Origin: Cyanophyceae cyanobacterium
GTDB lineage: Bacteria; Cyanobacteriota; Cyanobacteriia; Cyanobacteriales; JBHJGN01
NCBI GenBank assembly: GCA_050331735.1
Contig: JBHJGN010000004.1
Span: forward strand, 1 to 64,000
DNA: 64,000 nt
Reading direction: 5' to 3'
Shown here: positions 28,021 through 38,886 of the stretch, one piece after another
How the letters are laid out: each line of letters begins with the position of its first letter
How positions within the stretch are numbered: the stretch's first letter is position 1
Position numbers and translations under genes: made by a program
Notes under the pieces: model-generated
Told to the model about the DNA's origin: nothing
Seen by the model: the letters and a program-made list of their open reading frames with translations, nothing else
Databases searched by the model: none

Positions 28021-28887
28021 ATGACCATCGCTCAAAGACAAGCTCAATCAGCACCGAGAATTAAAGTCAAAGGAATTGTTTTAGGAATATGCATTGCTCT
28101 GATTATACTTTTTTTCCTCGGACCGATTCTCTGGCAGCTACTAACTTCTTTTAAAGTCAATGAAGATATCGCGGCGGTTCCTAACGTTTATGTTCCGAGC
28201 AGAATTACGTTTTCTCACTACCTAGAGCTATTTGAGCAACGTCCTTTTTTGCTTTATATGTTCAATAGCGCTTTAGTTTCGATTGTGTCGACAGCTTTGT
28301 GTTTAGCTCTGGGTTCCCCTGCTGCCTATGTTTTAGCCCGGATGCGGCTGCCGGGAGAACAAATTATTCTTGGCGGAGTGTTAATTATTACCCTGTTTCC
28401 CTATGTTCTGCTCTTTTTGGGACTGTTGGAAGTGATTAAAGCTTTAGGGTTGGGCAATAACTATTTAGCCCTGATTATTCCCTATACAGCTATTAATTTA
28501 CCGCTTACCATATTAGTGATGCGGAGCTTTTTTCAACAGCTTCCTAAAGATTTAGAAGATGCCGCCAGAGTAGACGGTTATCGAACAATTCCGATGCTGC
28601 TGCATATCGTGTTACCGATGACAGTGCCAGCGTTAGTGACGACAGGCATCCTCGCTTTCATTTTTGCCTGGAATGAATATATTTTCGCGCTCACTTTTAT
28701 TACCCGCGAACAGATGAAAACTATTCCCGTTGCAACAGCGCAGTTAGGAGGAGCCTCGTTATTTGAAATTCCCTATGGACCGATTGCCGCCGCTACTGTT
28801 TTAGGGACATTGCCTCTGGTGCTGCTTGTGCTGTTTTTCCAGCGCAGGATCGTTCAAGGATTAACGGCGGGTGCAGTGAAGGGTTAA
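28021..28887 (+). CDS. Carbohydrate ABC permease (MalG-like)
   Basis: LEDAARVDG; FIFAWNEYIFAL; C-terminus GLTAGAVKG. Confidence 0.93.
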   Translation: MTIAQRQAQSAPRIKVKGIVLGICIALIILFFLGPILWQLLTSFKVNEDIAAVPNVYVPSRITFSHYLELFEQRPFLLYMFNSALVSIVSTALCLALGSPAAYVLARMRLPGEQIILGGVLIITLFPYVLLFLGLLEVIKALGLGNNYLALIIPYTAINLPLTILVMRSFFQQLPKDLEDAARVDGYRTIPMLLHIVLPMTVPALVTTGILAFIFAWNEYIFALTFITREQMKTIPVATAQLGGASLFEIPYGPIAAATVLGTLPLVLLVLFFQRRIVQGLTAGAVKG

Positions 28888-28934
28888 GTGGACGCAATTA
28901 GCGATCGCCTGTGCTGTCTGCGGAGTGCGATCGC

Positions 28935-29094
28935 CTTTCAGGTCGATAGAATTTACCCCCACAACGCTCAGCTTTACCTGCCGTGCGACGAATATAAGCT
29001 CGCCGCGCCTTACCCCATCCGGTGTATCTCGATGAGCAACCATATAGTGCGCTAACTCATCACGACTCATATCCTCAAAGTTTAGTTTATTCAC
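28935..29094 (-). pseudogene. Frameshifted small DUF6887-like gene
   Basis: VNKLNFEDMSRDELAHYMVAHRDTPDGV, then ARRAYIRRTAGKAERCG in a shifted frame. Confidence 0.45.
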
Positions 29095-29138
29095 TATTGT
29101 CTCCTCCAGAAATATCATTTTCATCTAGGAAAAAGCCA

Positions 29139-29246
29139 TTAGAGTAAATATAGTGACCTAAGATCTCGAATACCTAACCCCCCTTTTGATTGCTCAATAA
29201 TTCGACGATGTAGTTCTAGAACTTCAACAAGGGTTAGATAACGCAC
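29139..29246 (-). pseudogene. Truncated Doc/Fic-type toxin (N-terminal 35 aa only)
   Basis: VRYLTLVEVLELHRRIIEQSKGGLGIRDL...*; GTG overlaps the antitoxin stop (TAGTG); no Fic HPF motif. Confidence 0.7.
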
Positions 29247-29443
29247 TATGCTAAACGCCGATAGAGTTCAGCATTTTTGTTTAGCACATACTCTGCTGCA
29301 TGAGTAAAATCGCTTTTGGGAGAACTGAGCCAGTCGTCTATGCTGGCGCGGAGCAACCCTTCAGACGGAATTCCATGCACTTTTGCTAGCTCCTGTAGCT
29401 TTTGGAATTGGCTGTCTGAAAGATCGATGGTAATAGAAGCCAT
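29246..29443 (-). CDS. Small putative antitoxin (RHH/CopG-like)
   Basis: 65 aa MASITIDLSD...YVLNKNAELYRRLA, translationally coupled to the Doc-like fragment. Confidence 0.75.
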   Translation of the reverse strand: MASITIDLSDSQFQKLQELAKVHGIPSEGLLRASIDDWLSSPKSDFTHAAEYVLNKNAELYRRLA

Positions 29444-29562
29444 AACTGCCGTCTCGGTATTGCTGAAAAAAGTTTAACGCTGCTGACTGATCGACAAGCT
29501 CTTTAAAGGCGATTGTGGACTCAGGGCAACTATGCTGAACGATTTGATGATAAGCGGTAGAG

Positions 29563-30745
29563 GAGTGCATCCCAGTTGTGCAATGAGTAATAATGCTTAG
29601 CGTCGAAGGCGGGTAGAAGCGCTAAGCTTTGAGCAGTATAGCCAAGGATGACTAGCCGGATGGATAGCACTAAAGCAGCCCGTTTCAAAGACCTGACTCA
29701 AGAACTTGCCGCCCTACTCTACTCTGAGACAGACCCAGAAGCCGTGAAAACCTTGGAGGGCATAGAAAAAGCGGTACGTGGTCATCTGCTAGAGCAGGTG
29801 GGACCAGAAATCGGTAATTTTTTATCCGCACGAGCAGCGGCACAACCAGCGGACGGGAGCGAAACATCGAAAGCATCATTGGACAAGTGAGCATTAGCGA
29901 ACGACAGGGCAAACGACTAGGGCTCAAAGCGTGTAGCCGATGGAGTCCGTACTTAGAGAAGTGCTGCTTATTGGTCAGTGCCAATGAGTCCTACGAGCGT
30001 TCAGCCGAGGACATTGCGACTCTGACAGGAGTGAAAGTGTCGCGCAACACGCAACAGCGTCTGGTGCATCGCCAAGGGGTTGAGCCCCTTGAGGTCGATT
30101 GTGGAATCAAGGAGATGAGTATTGATGGTGGCAAGGTCCGCCTACGCACCTCTAAGGGCAAGCCCAGTGAATGGCGCGACTATAAGGGGGTGGAATCTAC
30201 ATCAGTGTTGTGTCAACGCCTCCTTTCGAGACAATCAGGGCTTAGTCAACTGGGTGAACCAGCAGCCATTGGTCTCTCCTCTAGTCTGCTTGGGCGATGG
30301 GCATGACGGGATTTGGAATCTGTTTGCCCAGGTCGGAGTTGACCTAGAGCGGCGAGAGGTGCTTGAGTGGTATCATTTGGTGGAGAATCTGGGTCAGGTC
30401 GGCGGGTCGCAGCGTCGCCTTAACGCGGTCGAAGCTTGCTTGTGGGTCGGCAATGTTGATAGCGCTGTGAGGCTGTTTGATGACTGGCAGCATGAGCGGG
30501 TTGAGCGCTTCATCGCCTATTTAGCCAAGCATCGGCATCGCATCGTCAATTATGCCTACTATCAGGCTGAAGGCATCTCCATCGGTTCTGGAGAGATTGA
30601 ATCAACCATCAAGCAGATTGGCCGTCGAGTCAAAATTTCGGGCGCTCAGTGGCATGAAGACAACGTTCCGCAAGTCCTCTTGCATCGCTGCGCTTATCTC
30701 AATGGACAGTTCTCTCCTTAAGGCTTACAAAATTGGGATGCACTC
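29563..30745 (+). mobile_element. Insertion sequence, ISKra4 family (ISMich2-like), 1183 bp
   Basis: TIRs GAGTGCATCCCAGTTGTGCAA / (rc) GAGTGCATCCCAATTTTGTAA; CGGTAGAG duplicated at 29555-29562 and 30746-30753. Confidence 0.9.
29648..30721 (+). pseudogene. ISKra4-type DDE transposase in three frames
   Basis: SIDGGKVRLR, CLGDGHDGIWN, WYHLVENL, IGSGEIES; slippery AATTTTTT at 29816-29823 plus an extra +1 shift near 30186-30193. Confidence 0.85.
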
Positions 30746-30763
30746 CGGTAGAGCGGCTAATGC

Positions 30764-32032
30764 TTACGATGTAATGGCAACTTCTTCAAGCTGTTTCTCA
30801 ACTGCATCACAGGCTACACCTACGCCGTCTTCTGAATGTATGATGCGCCCAATTTCTGCTGCTTTTGTTTCATAGCTAGGAACCTCGATTAATTGACTCA
30901 ATTCCTCTGTAATTCGTGACGCTGAGTACTGCTGGCGACTGATGGTGCGAGATGTTCCTAATCGTTGAACTCGTGCGGCATTATCGGGCTGGTCGAGGCT
31001 GTAGGGCACAATCAGGGTTGGACGACCTGCTCTTAATGCCTGAGCCGTTGTGCCAATTCCGCCCTGATGAACAATCGCACAAGCGCGAGGAAAGATTTTT
31101 GAATAGGGCGCATAGTCACAGGCAAAGATGCTATCTGGTAAGTTTTCGGGCGGAGAATTTTTCCCAAGCAGTAGCACAGCGCGACGGTCAAGCTTGATAG
31201 CTGCCTGCACACTTTCGGCATAAAAATCACCGGGAGCATTGACTGCCGCCGAACCCAGGGTAAATACTAGGGGCGGCTCACCAGAACTCAGAAAATCCTC
31301 CAGTTCTGGAGTGAGGGGCTGCCCTTGATTTCCATCGTAGAAAGTAAAGCCAGTTGTGACAATACGGGGCGGCCAATCGGGTTTGGGAGTGCCCAAAAGA
31401 GATGAAAATAAAGCTAAAACTAAGTAGGGAGAATACTTATCATTGCCAACAATCGGATTTTGGATGGGAGATAACCCCAACTCCTGGCGAAGTTCATACA
31501 CAGGTTTTCCCCAAGAGCGAGTCACAAATTTCGCGAATTTTACAACCCAGCGATTAATACCCGGTCCAAAATGGTGCAGCTTTGCTAGAGCGGGATACAC
31601 AGAGGTGACAATCGGTTCATAGGCCGAAAAGAACGCATTTGGAGCCAGGGCACAGCTAGCCCAGCGCAACTTCAGCACTTCAGCGACTAAGGGAGCAACA
31701 TAAACGATCTCGTGGGCGATCAAAAAGTCAGCGTCTTTGGCGATCGCCATCAAGTCTTCATAGGTATCCCGGATGTTGCCCAAAACAAGGTCTTTGAGAA
31801 CTAGCTCTGGTCCTGCTTTTGGGTCCATCAACTGTTTAACTACTTGAGGATCTTCTGGCAAGTCAGGGCGAATCGACTGAAATTCTAACCCCAAAGCCTC
31901 AACCTGAGTTCGATATACTTCCGTCGTTGCTACCACAACATCGTGATAATGATCGCGCAAGCCCAAACTTAAGGCAAGGATCGGATGCAGGTCGCCAAGT
32001 GAACCCCAGGTAGTCAGAATAATTCGGCTCAC
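30764..32032 (-). CDS. GT1-family UDP-glycosyltransferase
   Basis: WGSLGDLHP; VHQGGIGTTAQAL.AGRP...DQPDNA. Confidence 0.92.
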   Translation of the reverse strand: MSRIILTTWGSLGDLHPILALSLGLRDHYHDVVVATTEVYRTQVEALGLEFQSIRPDLPEDPQVVKQLMDPKAGPELVLKDLVLGNIRDTYEDLMAIAKDADFLIAHEIVYVAPLVAEVLKLRWASCALAPNAFFSAYEPIVTSVYPALAKLHHFGPGINRWVVKFAKFVTRSWGKPVYELRQELGLSPIQNPIVGNDKYSPYLVLALFSSLLGTPKPDWPPRIVTTGFTFYDGNQGQPLTPELEDFLSSGEPPLVFTLGSAAVNAPGDFYAESVQAAIKLDRRAVLLLGKNSPPENLPDSIFACDYAPYSKIFPRACAIVHQGGIGTTAQALRAGRPTLIVPYSLDQPDNAARVQRLGTSRTISRQQYSASRITEELSQLIEVPSYETKAAEIGRIIHSEDGVGVACDAVEKQLEEVAITS

Positions 32033-32058
32033 GACTGACCTTTGGATACAAATTTACT

Positions 32059-32565
32059 TCATCTTAACCAAGACGAGTAAACCGGATCTGCGTTCTTCAT
32101 GTCTTCGTAAATCCAGACCATGCGATCACAAAACCATGCCTTTGGCAGGACAGCACCGATAATGCCTGCAACTACTGCCCAAACATTCAGAGCGTAGAGT
32201 CCATAAAACCAGATCAATGCCCCCACAAGCGACATGATTGTTAAGATATTCGCCGCACGTAAGTGGTGCGAGGGAATTTCAACCTTTCTATCGAGAAAAA
32301 TGCGTTCGCCGAAGGTGGCTTTAGAACCCCAGTTATTGGTTGACTTCGGCGGGGGAAAAGCTCTGGGGTTATACCAAGTCCAGAGAAAGGATAGGCCGAT
32401 AGGCAAGAGCGAATACCAACCTAGCCAGACTCGGCTCCACACTGCCAAACTAATCAGTGGTGTCGTCGTCAAAAAACGTGTCCACACGCTCCAAGGACTA
32501 GCATGACGCTTCCACGTCTTGTCGTTCATGGACATTAAATGTTCAGCCTGGGCGAAAATATTCAT
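32059..32565 (-). CDS. Trp-rich membrane protein (DUF6653-like)
   Basis: WKRHASPWSVWTRF, NPRAFPPP, GER, KAWFCDRMVWIYEDM. Confidence 0.7.
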   Translation of the reverse strand: MNIFAQAEHLMSMNDKTWKRHASPWSVWTRFLTTTPLISLAVWSRVWLGWYSLLPIGLSFLWTWYNPRAFPPPKSTNNWGSKATFGERIFLDRKVEIPSHHLRAANILTIMSLVGALIWFYGLYALNVWAVVAGIIGAVLPKAWFCDRMVWIYEDMKNADPVYSSWLR

Positions 32566-32611
32566 GAGTCCTCCTCATTAGTATACTGCTCGGAAATCTG
32601 TAGCTCAGGTA

Positions 32612-33241
32612 TCACACTGCGCTCTCGCTTTCGTTGGTACGTTGAAACAGCCCAGCAACAACACATTGAATCAGAAGCGCTTGCGTTTTACCCCACTCAG
32701 CACCGCCGAGCTCTTCCTTGTGCAGCAGGAGATGTGGAATGGCGGTAATGGTATAGAGTACCGCCGCCGGATCTGCTGCTATCATCGCGCCCGAAGCCTG
32801 TGCTTCTCTCACAAAGGCGAGGATAGGTTCGTAGCCCAACGCTCGTTTCACCTCCATTCTCTGGTTGCCAGCCTTGCGACGAACCGCCGCTAGCTCTTCA
32901 GGAGCTTCAATCAGGCGACGGAGAATCGGATTCTCGGCATATTCCACCATCAGAGCCTTCAAAAAGCTTTCCAGCGCCACTGCGGGTGGCAGTGACCTAT
33001 TCTGTAGTGGGGTTAGGACACGCTCGGCGATGCCTGGTCCCTCCTGCATAATGAGTTCTAAGTAAAGCGCTTCTTTGGAGGAATAGAAAGAGTAAAAAGC
33101 CGCTTTGGAAATACCCGCTTCGCGGGTCAGCGAGTCAATAGACATCTTTCTCAGCCCAACTACAGGCAGCAGGCGACGAGCCGTATCCAGTAAACGAGCT
33201 CTAATCGAGTTGCGTTCTTCAGGAGTAAAGGCGACAGGCAT
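32612..33241 (-). CDS. TetR-family regulator
   Basis: GLRKMSIDSLTREAGISKAAFYSFYSSKEAL. Confidence 0.9.
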   Translation of the reverse strand: MPVAFTPEERNSIRARLLDTARRLLPVVGLRKMSIDSLTREAGISKAAFYSFYSSKEALYLELIMQEGPGIAERVLTPLQNRSLPPAVALESFLKALMVEYAENPILRRLIEAPEELAAVRRKAGNQRMEVKRALGYEPILAFVREAQASGAMIAADPAAVLYTITAIPHLLLHKEELGGAEWGKTQALLIQCVVAGLFQRTNESESAV

Positions 33242-33456
33242 TGCAATAAATTGTCTGTGTCCATTTTTATGATTTGATTATACGGTTTTTGACTACTCTA
33301 TGCCACTGTGGCGGGGAGAGCACCAATGAATTAGACACTTAAGCAGAGCGAACGCGATGCTAGGTTGAGGGACGTAAAATCTTGCAAGAGGTGGCTCGAC
33401 ATGAACAAGCCTACTTCCTAAGCCCTCTAGAGGTGTTTCCTTAACCGCGATCGCTC

Positions 33457-33876
33457 TTATTCAAACGACTCGTTAACCAGCCAAGTCCCAATGACTTGAC
33501 CTAAACCAACGGGTTGTTCAACAAATCCCAGCTTTTTATAAAAATCCACCGTATCGTCGGTAAATAAATAAACGTGCTGCCCCTTTAGTCGGTTCAGTAA
33601 TGTTTGCATCATTGTGCTTGCTATTCCTTGGTGACGAAAAGGGCTGAATGTCCAAACATCGACGATATAGGCATTGCACACACCATCAGACAAAGCGCGA
33701 GCAGTCCCAATAATGCGACCTTCACTATAAACAATACAGGTGGCATAGCTGTTTTCAAAAGAAGCTTTGAGTTGTTCTGGGCTACGTCCATTGTCAAATT
33801 GATCTTGACTCAGCGTATTTTTCATCTCCACCCAGTCAACCTGCTCTAAATTAGTTTTGTACATTACGTCAATCAT
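33457..33876 (-). CDS. GNAT acetyltransferase
   Basis: IIGTARALSDG, FRHQGIA, FYKKLGF; start uncertain. Confidence 0.88.
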   Translation of the reverse strand: MIDVMYKTNLEQVDWVEMKNTLSQDQFDNGRSPEQLKASFENSYATCIVYSEGRIIGTARALSDGVCNAYIVDVWTFSPFRHQGIASTMMQTLLNRLKGQHVYLFTDDTVDFYKKLGFVEQPVGLGQVIGTWLVNESFE

Positions 33877-33927
33877 TGGCAAGAAACTTGATATCTGTCT
33901 GCTCCAGCTCAAAAACGACAGTGTCTA

Positions 33928-34548
33928 TCAACGCATTATTTGAGTATCGCCATTTTTCTTAAAAACAAACATATTCCCCGTTGCTCCTCGTCCTATTCTG
34001 GTATCTTCATCCAGATAAGAGGTTATCCATAAAGCTTTATTTCTGAACAGCTCTAATATGGGAATGATAAGTGCGGGTAAACGACTACTAGGCAAACCCA
34101 AAAACTTTGTCGGTTGTAAACTAAAGGTATTAAAGCTTACTTGAGCCGTTCGTTCGTCTGGCTCAGGTTGCCAAATTCCCTTAGCACTCAGCCGATAGTC
34201 TCCTAGCAAAGGAAGCTCAATTAAGGCTTGATTATCAGCGGTAATTTGTCTGTCCTGGCTAGCTAAGGTTTGCCAGATTTGAACGGCGATCGCCGAGCCA
34301 AAAACGTTGGCAATCTCTGCCATAGAACGGGTAACAACTGTCCCATTGGCAGCATAGACAAGCCGCCAGTCACCGAGCAAAGCAGTAGAATTACTAGGAC
34401 GAAGCGGCTGTGGAATGGGATTGATGTTCTCTAGCCGTCTGATGTTGTCATCTATGGACGCTTCTGAAAAGGGCAGCAGCGATCGCTCTGGTCCCAACGT
34501 CTCTATTTGATAAAAAAGCTCGGTTTTTAACTGATTGGCTTCAGTCAT
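33928..34548 (-). CDS. PAP/fibrillin-family protein
   Basis: LENINP...LLGDWRLVY; WITSYLDEDTRIGRG..GNMFVF. Confidence 0.85.
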   Translation of the reverse strand: MTEANQLKTELFYQIETLGPERSLLPFSEASIDDNIRRLENINPIPQPLRPSNSTALLGDWRLVYAANGTVVTRSMAEIANVFGSAIAVQIWQTLASQDRQITADNQALIELPLLGDYRLSAKGIWQPEPDERTAQVSFNTFSLQPTKFLGLPSSRLPALIIPILELFRNKALWITSYLDEDTRIGRGATGNMFVFKKNGDTQIMR

Positions 34549-34675
34549 CTTCTAGCTTTTCTATAACCACTGTTAGCTTTACAATACCAGCCGCAGGGTT
34601 GGGTTCACCAGCATGAAGATCAGAAACTCGAAGATGCGATAGATTCTTCTCAGAACAGTGCATTAAGCTGACTTG

Positions 34676-35878
34676 CTAACTCCTCACAAAATTAGCCGGG
34701 TCTTGATCTCGGCGATGATTGAGGGGAATGGCAGAACCTTGATTGTCTCCGACTAAAGCGGCGGTCTCCTCTAAAGCCGTCCGCAGCCTCTTGGCGGCGT
34801 AGATAGACATATCTCTAGGAACGTTAACTCTATCCCGGAGGTATCGGAGAGCCGCATCAGTTCCCGGCGAAGGGATACAATCTTCGTTAGTCATCATGTG
34901 TGTTAGAGCACAACGCAGAGCTTTATCAAACAAATCGTCATCAGCCGGGTTAACCCGAATAATGTTGTGGCGATGCTCAATCACTCGTTGGAGAGCTTCG
35001 GCACGAGATGTTTCTGGTTCTGGATAGCATACATCTGGCAGGTCAAACCACGGACCTCGATCGACCCGTTCCTGATTGAGCCGCGTTTGAGGCTCACCGT
35101 TCGACCAGCACCCTCCCATCTGAGGCGGAAGATCGTGGACGTGGGTGTGAAAGTCGCTTTGGGTGCCGCGGTAGGTCGGTCGGCTTTCCATCGCTTCAAA
35201 CCAGTCTGCTAAGCGAGGGTTTGACTCCCGCAGCGAGTACCCCTTGTAATAGTACAAGCTAGCGTTCATGCGTTCAACGTAAGGCGTAAAAATGACATCA
35301 ACGACGCCGAACTGATCGAGAAAATATGGACCTGGAGTGCTGGCGAGGGACTCTTCGACTTTGGCGACTACATCCGTAAACTGTTGGCGGTTACGCTGCT
35401 CTTCCTTGGCCGAGCGTACCGGGTAGCAAAGCCAGGCACACCAAGCTCTAAACAAGAGTCTCTCTAGCCGCCGTAGAGGAAGCACCGAGGCGTCTTCCAG
35501 GCTCCGCCCCAAGGGTCCAAACTGTTCTAAAGCGATTAAAATATCGTCGCTTTCGGTGATGATGCGACCATCTAGCTCGATAGCTGGCAACATTCCCGAC
35601 GGCACTTTGCGCCGATACCAACTTTCTTTTTTTCCATAGCAGAACATCGTTACTTTATCAATGCGATAAGGAATCTGCTTTTCCTCCAGCCACAGCCACA
35701 CTTTCTGGCAGTAGGGACACCAAGCGTGCTTATCGCGGTACAGTGTTAAGCGAACCTCAGTTTCATCCCGTCCAAACAGGCGCAGACAGGCTTGAGCATT
35801 AGTCGGTCCGTTGATACGGTCTAATTGGAAGTCAGTAAGCTTGGCTAATTCTGTCCAGGTTAAGGGAGCGACGGTCAT
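34676..35878 (-). CDS. Glutathione S-transferase family protein
   Basis: [26 protein letters not shown]. Confidence 0.88.
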   Translation of the reverse strand: MTVAPLTWTELAKLTDFQLDRINGPTNAQACLRLFGRDETEVRLTLYRDKHAWCPYCQKVWLWLEEKQIPYRIDKVTMFCYGKKESWYRRKVPSGMLPAIELDGRIITESDDILIALEQFGPLGRSLEDASVLPLRRLERLLFRAWCAWLCYPVRSAKEEQRNRQQFTDVVAKVEESLASTPGPYFLDQFGVVDVIFTPYVERMNASLYYYKGYSLRESNPRLADWFEAMESRPTYRGTQSDFHTHVHDLPPQMGGCWSNGEPQTRLNQERVDRGPWFDLPDVCYPEPETSRAEALQRVIEHRHNIIRVNPADDDLFDKALRCALTHMMTNEDCIPSPGTDAALRYLRDRVNVPRDMSIYAAKRLRTALEETAALVGDNQGSAIPLNHRRDQDPANFVRS

Positions 35879-35924
35879 ATAGGTTTCCTTCTAGCGGCAA
35901 GACAAGACAATCTTTGCTCATTTT

Positions 35925-36863
35925 TCACTGGCCGAGATTATCGCTGCTCCGCGAGAGGCGGAGGTTGATCAGCGACGGAATCAAAATGGCCAAAAATAAA
36001 AATAAACCGATGGTGCAGGCGTAGCTAATATCTAGATCTTGAAAAGCTCGCTCGTAGATGTAGTAAACAACGGTTTTAGAACTGTTGAGAGGTCCACCTC
36101 CGGTCATAATGTAGATTTCTTCAAAAACCTTAGTCGCAGAAATGGCCGAAATGACGGCAACCAAGAGTAAATAGGGACGCATCAACGGCAGAGTAATATC
36201 CCAATGCTTGCTCAAGCCATCGGAACCATCAATGGCAGCCGCTTCGTACAGTTCCGGGGAAATGGTTTGCAAGCCAGCCAGATAAATCACCATGTAGTAG
36301 CCGAGTCCTTTCCAGATTGTCACCACCATGACGCTCCAAATTGCTAAATTAGGACTGGTTAACCAAGGAATCCCCTCAAAACCCAACTGTCTGAGCCACT
36401 GGTTAATCATGCCGTTATCAGCATACAGTGCTTTCCAAGCAATGCCGGCTACCACCATCGAAATCACCACCGGGGTATAGAACGACATCCGAAACCAGTG
36501 CATACCGCGCAGCTTTCGATTGACTAGAATAGCTAATCCTAAAGGGGCAACGACGAGAATCGGCACAACTCCAACCAGATACAGCAGGGTATTTCTGAGG
36601 GTTTGCCAAAACACCGGATCGGCCCACAGTCGGTGGAAGTTAGCCAAACCAACCCACTCGGGAGCGAGGGTGAGATCGTACTCGTAGCGCGTGAAGCTCA
36701 GAGAAAAAGCCTGAATAGCTGGTCCAAAAACAGCGATCGCCAACACCACAGCGGCAGGCAAAAGGAATAAATAGGGAGCCATCCCCCGCCACAGTCGCGA
36801 ATTGTGCCGTAGCCTATAGAGATTTTTGAGGACAGCGTTCCTAAACCGGGACCAGTGACTCAT
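35925..36863 (-). CDS. Carbohydrate ABC permease (LacF-like)
   Basis: LYEAAAIDG EAA loop; WKGLGYYMVIYLAGLQ. Confidence 0.92.
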   Translation of the reverse strand: MSHWSRFRNAVLKNLYRLRHNSRLWRGMAPYLFLLPAAVVLAIAVFGPAIQAFSLSFTRYEYDLTLAPEWVGLANFHRLWADPVFWQTLRNTLLYLVGVVPILVVAPLGLAILVNRKLRGMHWFRMSFYTPVVISMVVAGIAWKALYADNGMINQWLRQLGFEGIPWLTSPNLAIWSVMVVTIWKGLGYYMVIYLAGLQTISPELYEAAAIDGSDGLSKHWDITLPLMRPYLLLVAVISAISATKVFEEIYIMTGGGPLNSSKTVVYYIYERAFQDLDISYACTIGLFLFLAILIPSLINLRLSRSSDNLGQ

Positions 36864-36926
36864 GCGATCGCCTACCCATCTTTGTGACTTCTGTTTCCAT
36901 TAGCTTACCGGGGGGAGTCGCTTACA

Positions 36927-37154
36927 TCAACGCCTGCGCTGGCGACTGACGTACTGCCCGTGAATATTGACGGCATACGGCACCAAATAAGTCAGTAGTC
37001 CAGAGAGCCAGCGCGATCGCGTCATCTTTCCCTGCGTCAGCGCCGCACCGTGATTTATGATAAACAGCACAGTCCCGACAATGGCAGCAACCTTCAGCGC
37101 CATTGGCATCAATTTCAGATCGAACAACGCTTGACAATATCCTTTAATACTCAT
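36927..37154 (-). CDS. nrtS: NrtS-family small membrane protein
   Basis: ALKVAAIVGTVLFIINHG...TYLVPYAVNIHG. Confidence 0.75.
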   Translation of the reverse strand: MSIKGYCQALFDLKLMPMALKVAAIVGTVLFIINHGAALTQGKMTRSRWLSGLLTYLVPYAVNIHGQYVSRQRRR

Positions 37155-37507
37155 GCGGTAGACAGGCAAAGAGGGAGCAGTACTTCCCCTGACTATTGCC
37201 AGAAATCAGCTATCCTCAACTGAGGTTAAAGAGAACAGCTAGGTTAGCAATCGAGCAGAAGTCAGAAGTTCACGGTCAAAAGTCAGTCCTTAACCGCCAG
37301 AAGTCAGAACTATTATTTCTTTCTCGACTGACGCTTAGGCTATCTATGCTGGGTCAAAACCTGACAGCTCTCGCTATAGAGGTCCAAAAAGCGCTAAACT
37401 GACTTAAAATTCTCGTTTTAGAGATATAGATTAAGACTGTATCATTAAATTTACCTGCTAATACCCAGTCTACAGAAAACATGCTCACTCTTGATTAATA
37501 AGAGCTA

Positions 37508-38716
37508 TTGTCGATGTCTATGAACTCCATGTTTTCCACCGACAGTTGTATTCTAGGGCTTAATCTTATCAACCTGTTGAAAAATTTGTCGGGCCGTCAA
37601 TTCTGCGGTTGCATAACAGGAGAAAGCAAGGCGTTGACGTGGCGACTTTACTTTCACCAGGGCAAGATTAGCTATGCTACAAATTCCATTGCCCCCTTTG
37701 AACGAGTTAAACGGTATCTCTATAGCTTAAGCAATCAAAATTTAAGATTAGTCAGTGTTGTTAGTACCCTACAGACTCACGGCCATTCAACAGATTTATT
37801 GGTAATTTGTTGGTTGTTAGAGCGTGGTTTAGTGCGTCCAGAGATAGCTAAAGTGCTCGTGAGAGAAATGGCCAGAGAAACACTAGAGAGCTTGCTGTTG
37901 TCTCCGATTGCGCCTGACATCCACTACAGTGATGCTCGCTGTCCTTTCGACTATCAAATAGAATTTTCCTCGCTCTTGGCAGAGTGTCAGGCGAGGCTCC
38001 AGCAGTGGACTGCGTTGCTTCCCACCATTGAGTCTCCTTTTCAGCGTCCTTTTCTCGTTCATCCCCAGTCGTTGGCGAGCGATCGCCGCCTCCAAAGACT
38101 GAGGAAAGTGCTGACGGGGTTCAGCTTTCGTCAGCTTGCCGTTCTCCTCAAGCAGGACGAATGCTTGATTGCTCAAAGAATGCAGCCGCTGATTGCCCAG
38201 AAGCTAATCGGATTGAAAGCACCTCAGCCTCCTTTCGATCGATTGCCGAGTCTAGCAACTCTACTCCAAGGTGGCGCTGGATCTCCCACACCACATCAAG
38301 AGCAAGCAGCACCTGTTGTGCAATGTTCTAGTGCCGATCAACAAAAACAGTGGCAAATTGTTTGCATTGATGATAGTCCAGCCGCCATCCGGCAAATTGA
38401 AGAGTTCCTCCAAGAGCTTGAGCTTTCACTCATTAAATTCAGCGAACCCGTTAAAGCGTTGCTAGAAATTTCTAAACTTCAACCCGACTTAATTTTACTA
38501 GATGTGGGAATGCCCAATATTGATGGCTATAGTTTATGCTCTCTGCTGAGGAAAAACTCATTGCTGAAAACAACGCCAATCGTCATGGTAACAGGTTACC
38601 AGGGGTTGATTAATCAAACCAAAGCCGATTTTGTCGGAGCCACCGATTATCTCACAAAACCGTTTACTCAATCAGAACTCGTCGCCGTGGTTTTAAAACA
38701 CATCAATAGCTCTTAA
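37508..38716 (+). CDS. PatA-family response regulator (PATAN + REC)
   Basis: WRLYFHQGKISYAT; ESPFQRP; CIDDS...LLDVGMP...LTKPF; start uncertain. Confidence 0.88.
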   Translation: MSMSMNSMFSTDSCILGLNLINLLKNLSGRQFCGCITGESKALTWRLYFHQGKISYATNSIAPFERVKRYLYSLSNQNLRLVSVVSTLQTHGHSTDLLVICWLLERGLVRPEIAKVLVREMARETLESLLLSPIAPDIHYSDARCPFDYQIEFSSLLAECQARLQQWTALLPTIESPFQRPFLVHPQSLASDRRLQRLRKVLTGFSFRQLAVLLKQDECLIAQRMQPLIAQKLIGLKAPQPPFDRLPSLATLLQGGAGSPTPHQEQAAPVVQCSSADQQKQWQIVCIDDSPAAIRQIEEFLQELELSLIKFSEPVKALLEISKLQPDLILLDVGMPNIDGYSLCSLLRKNSLLKTTPIVMVTGYQGLINQTKADFVGATDYLTKPFTQSELVAVVLKHINSS

Positions 38717-38886
38717 CCGAAGCAATTCTGTTAGTGAGATATCCCTGAGCGTAACTATTAACCATCAACAAAGAATTTCAGATATCCTGCTAGCTAAAAG
38801 TATGACCCATAACTCTGATATTCGTGACTTTATTTGTGACTTTTGGTGCCTAAACTGTTAACCTTGCAATCTAGACTCAGCAAACA

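Noticed and set aside
25467..28887. Naming the importer ggtBCD
   Set aside because: Substrate cannot be determined from sequence by eye; no ATPase gene adjacent
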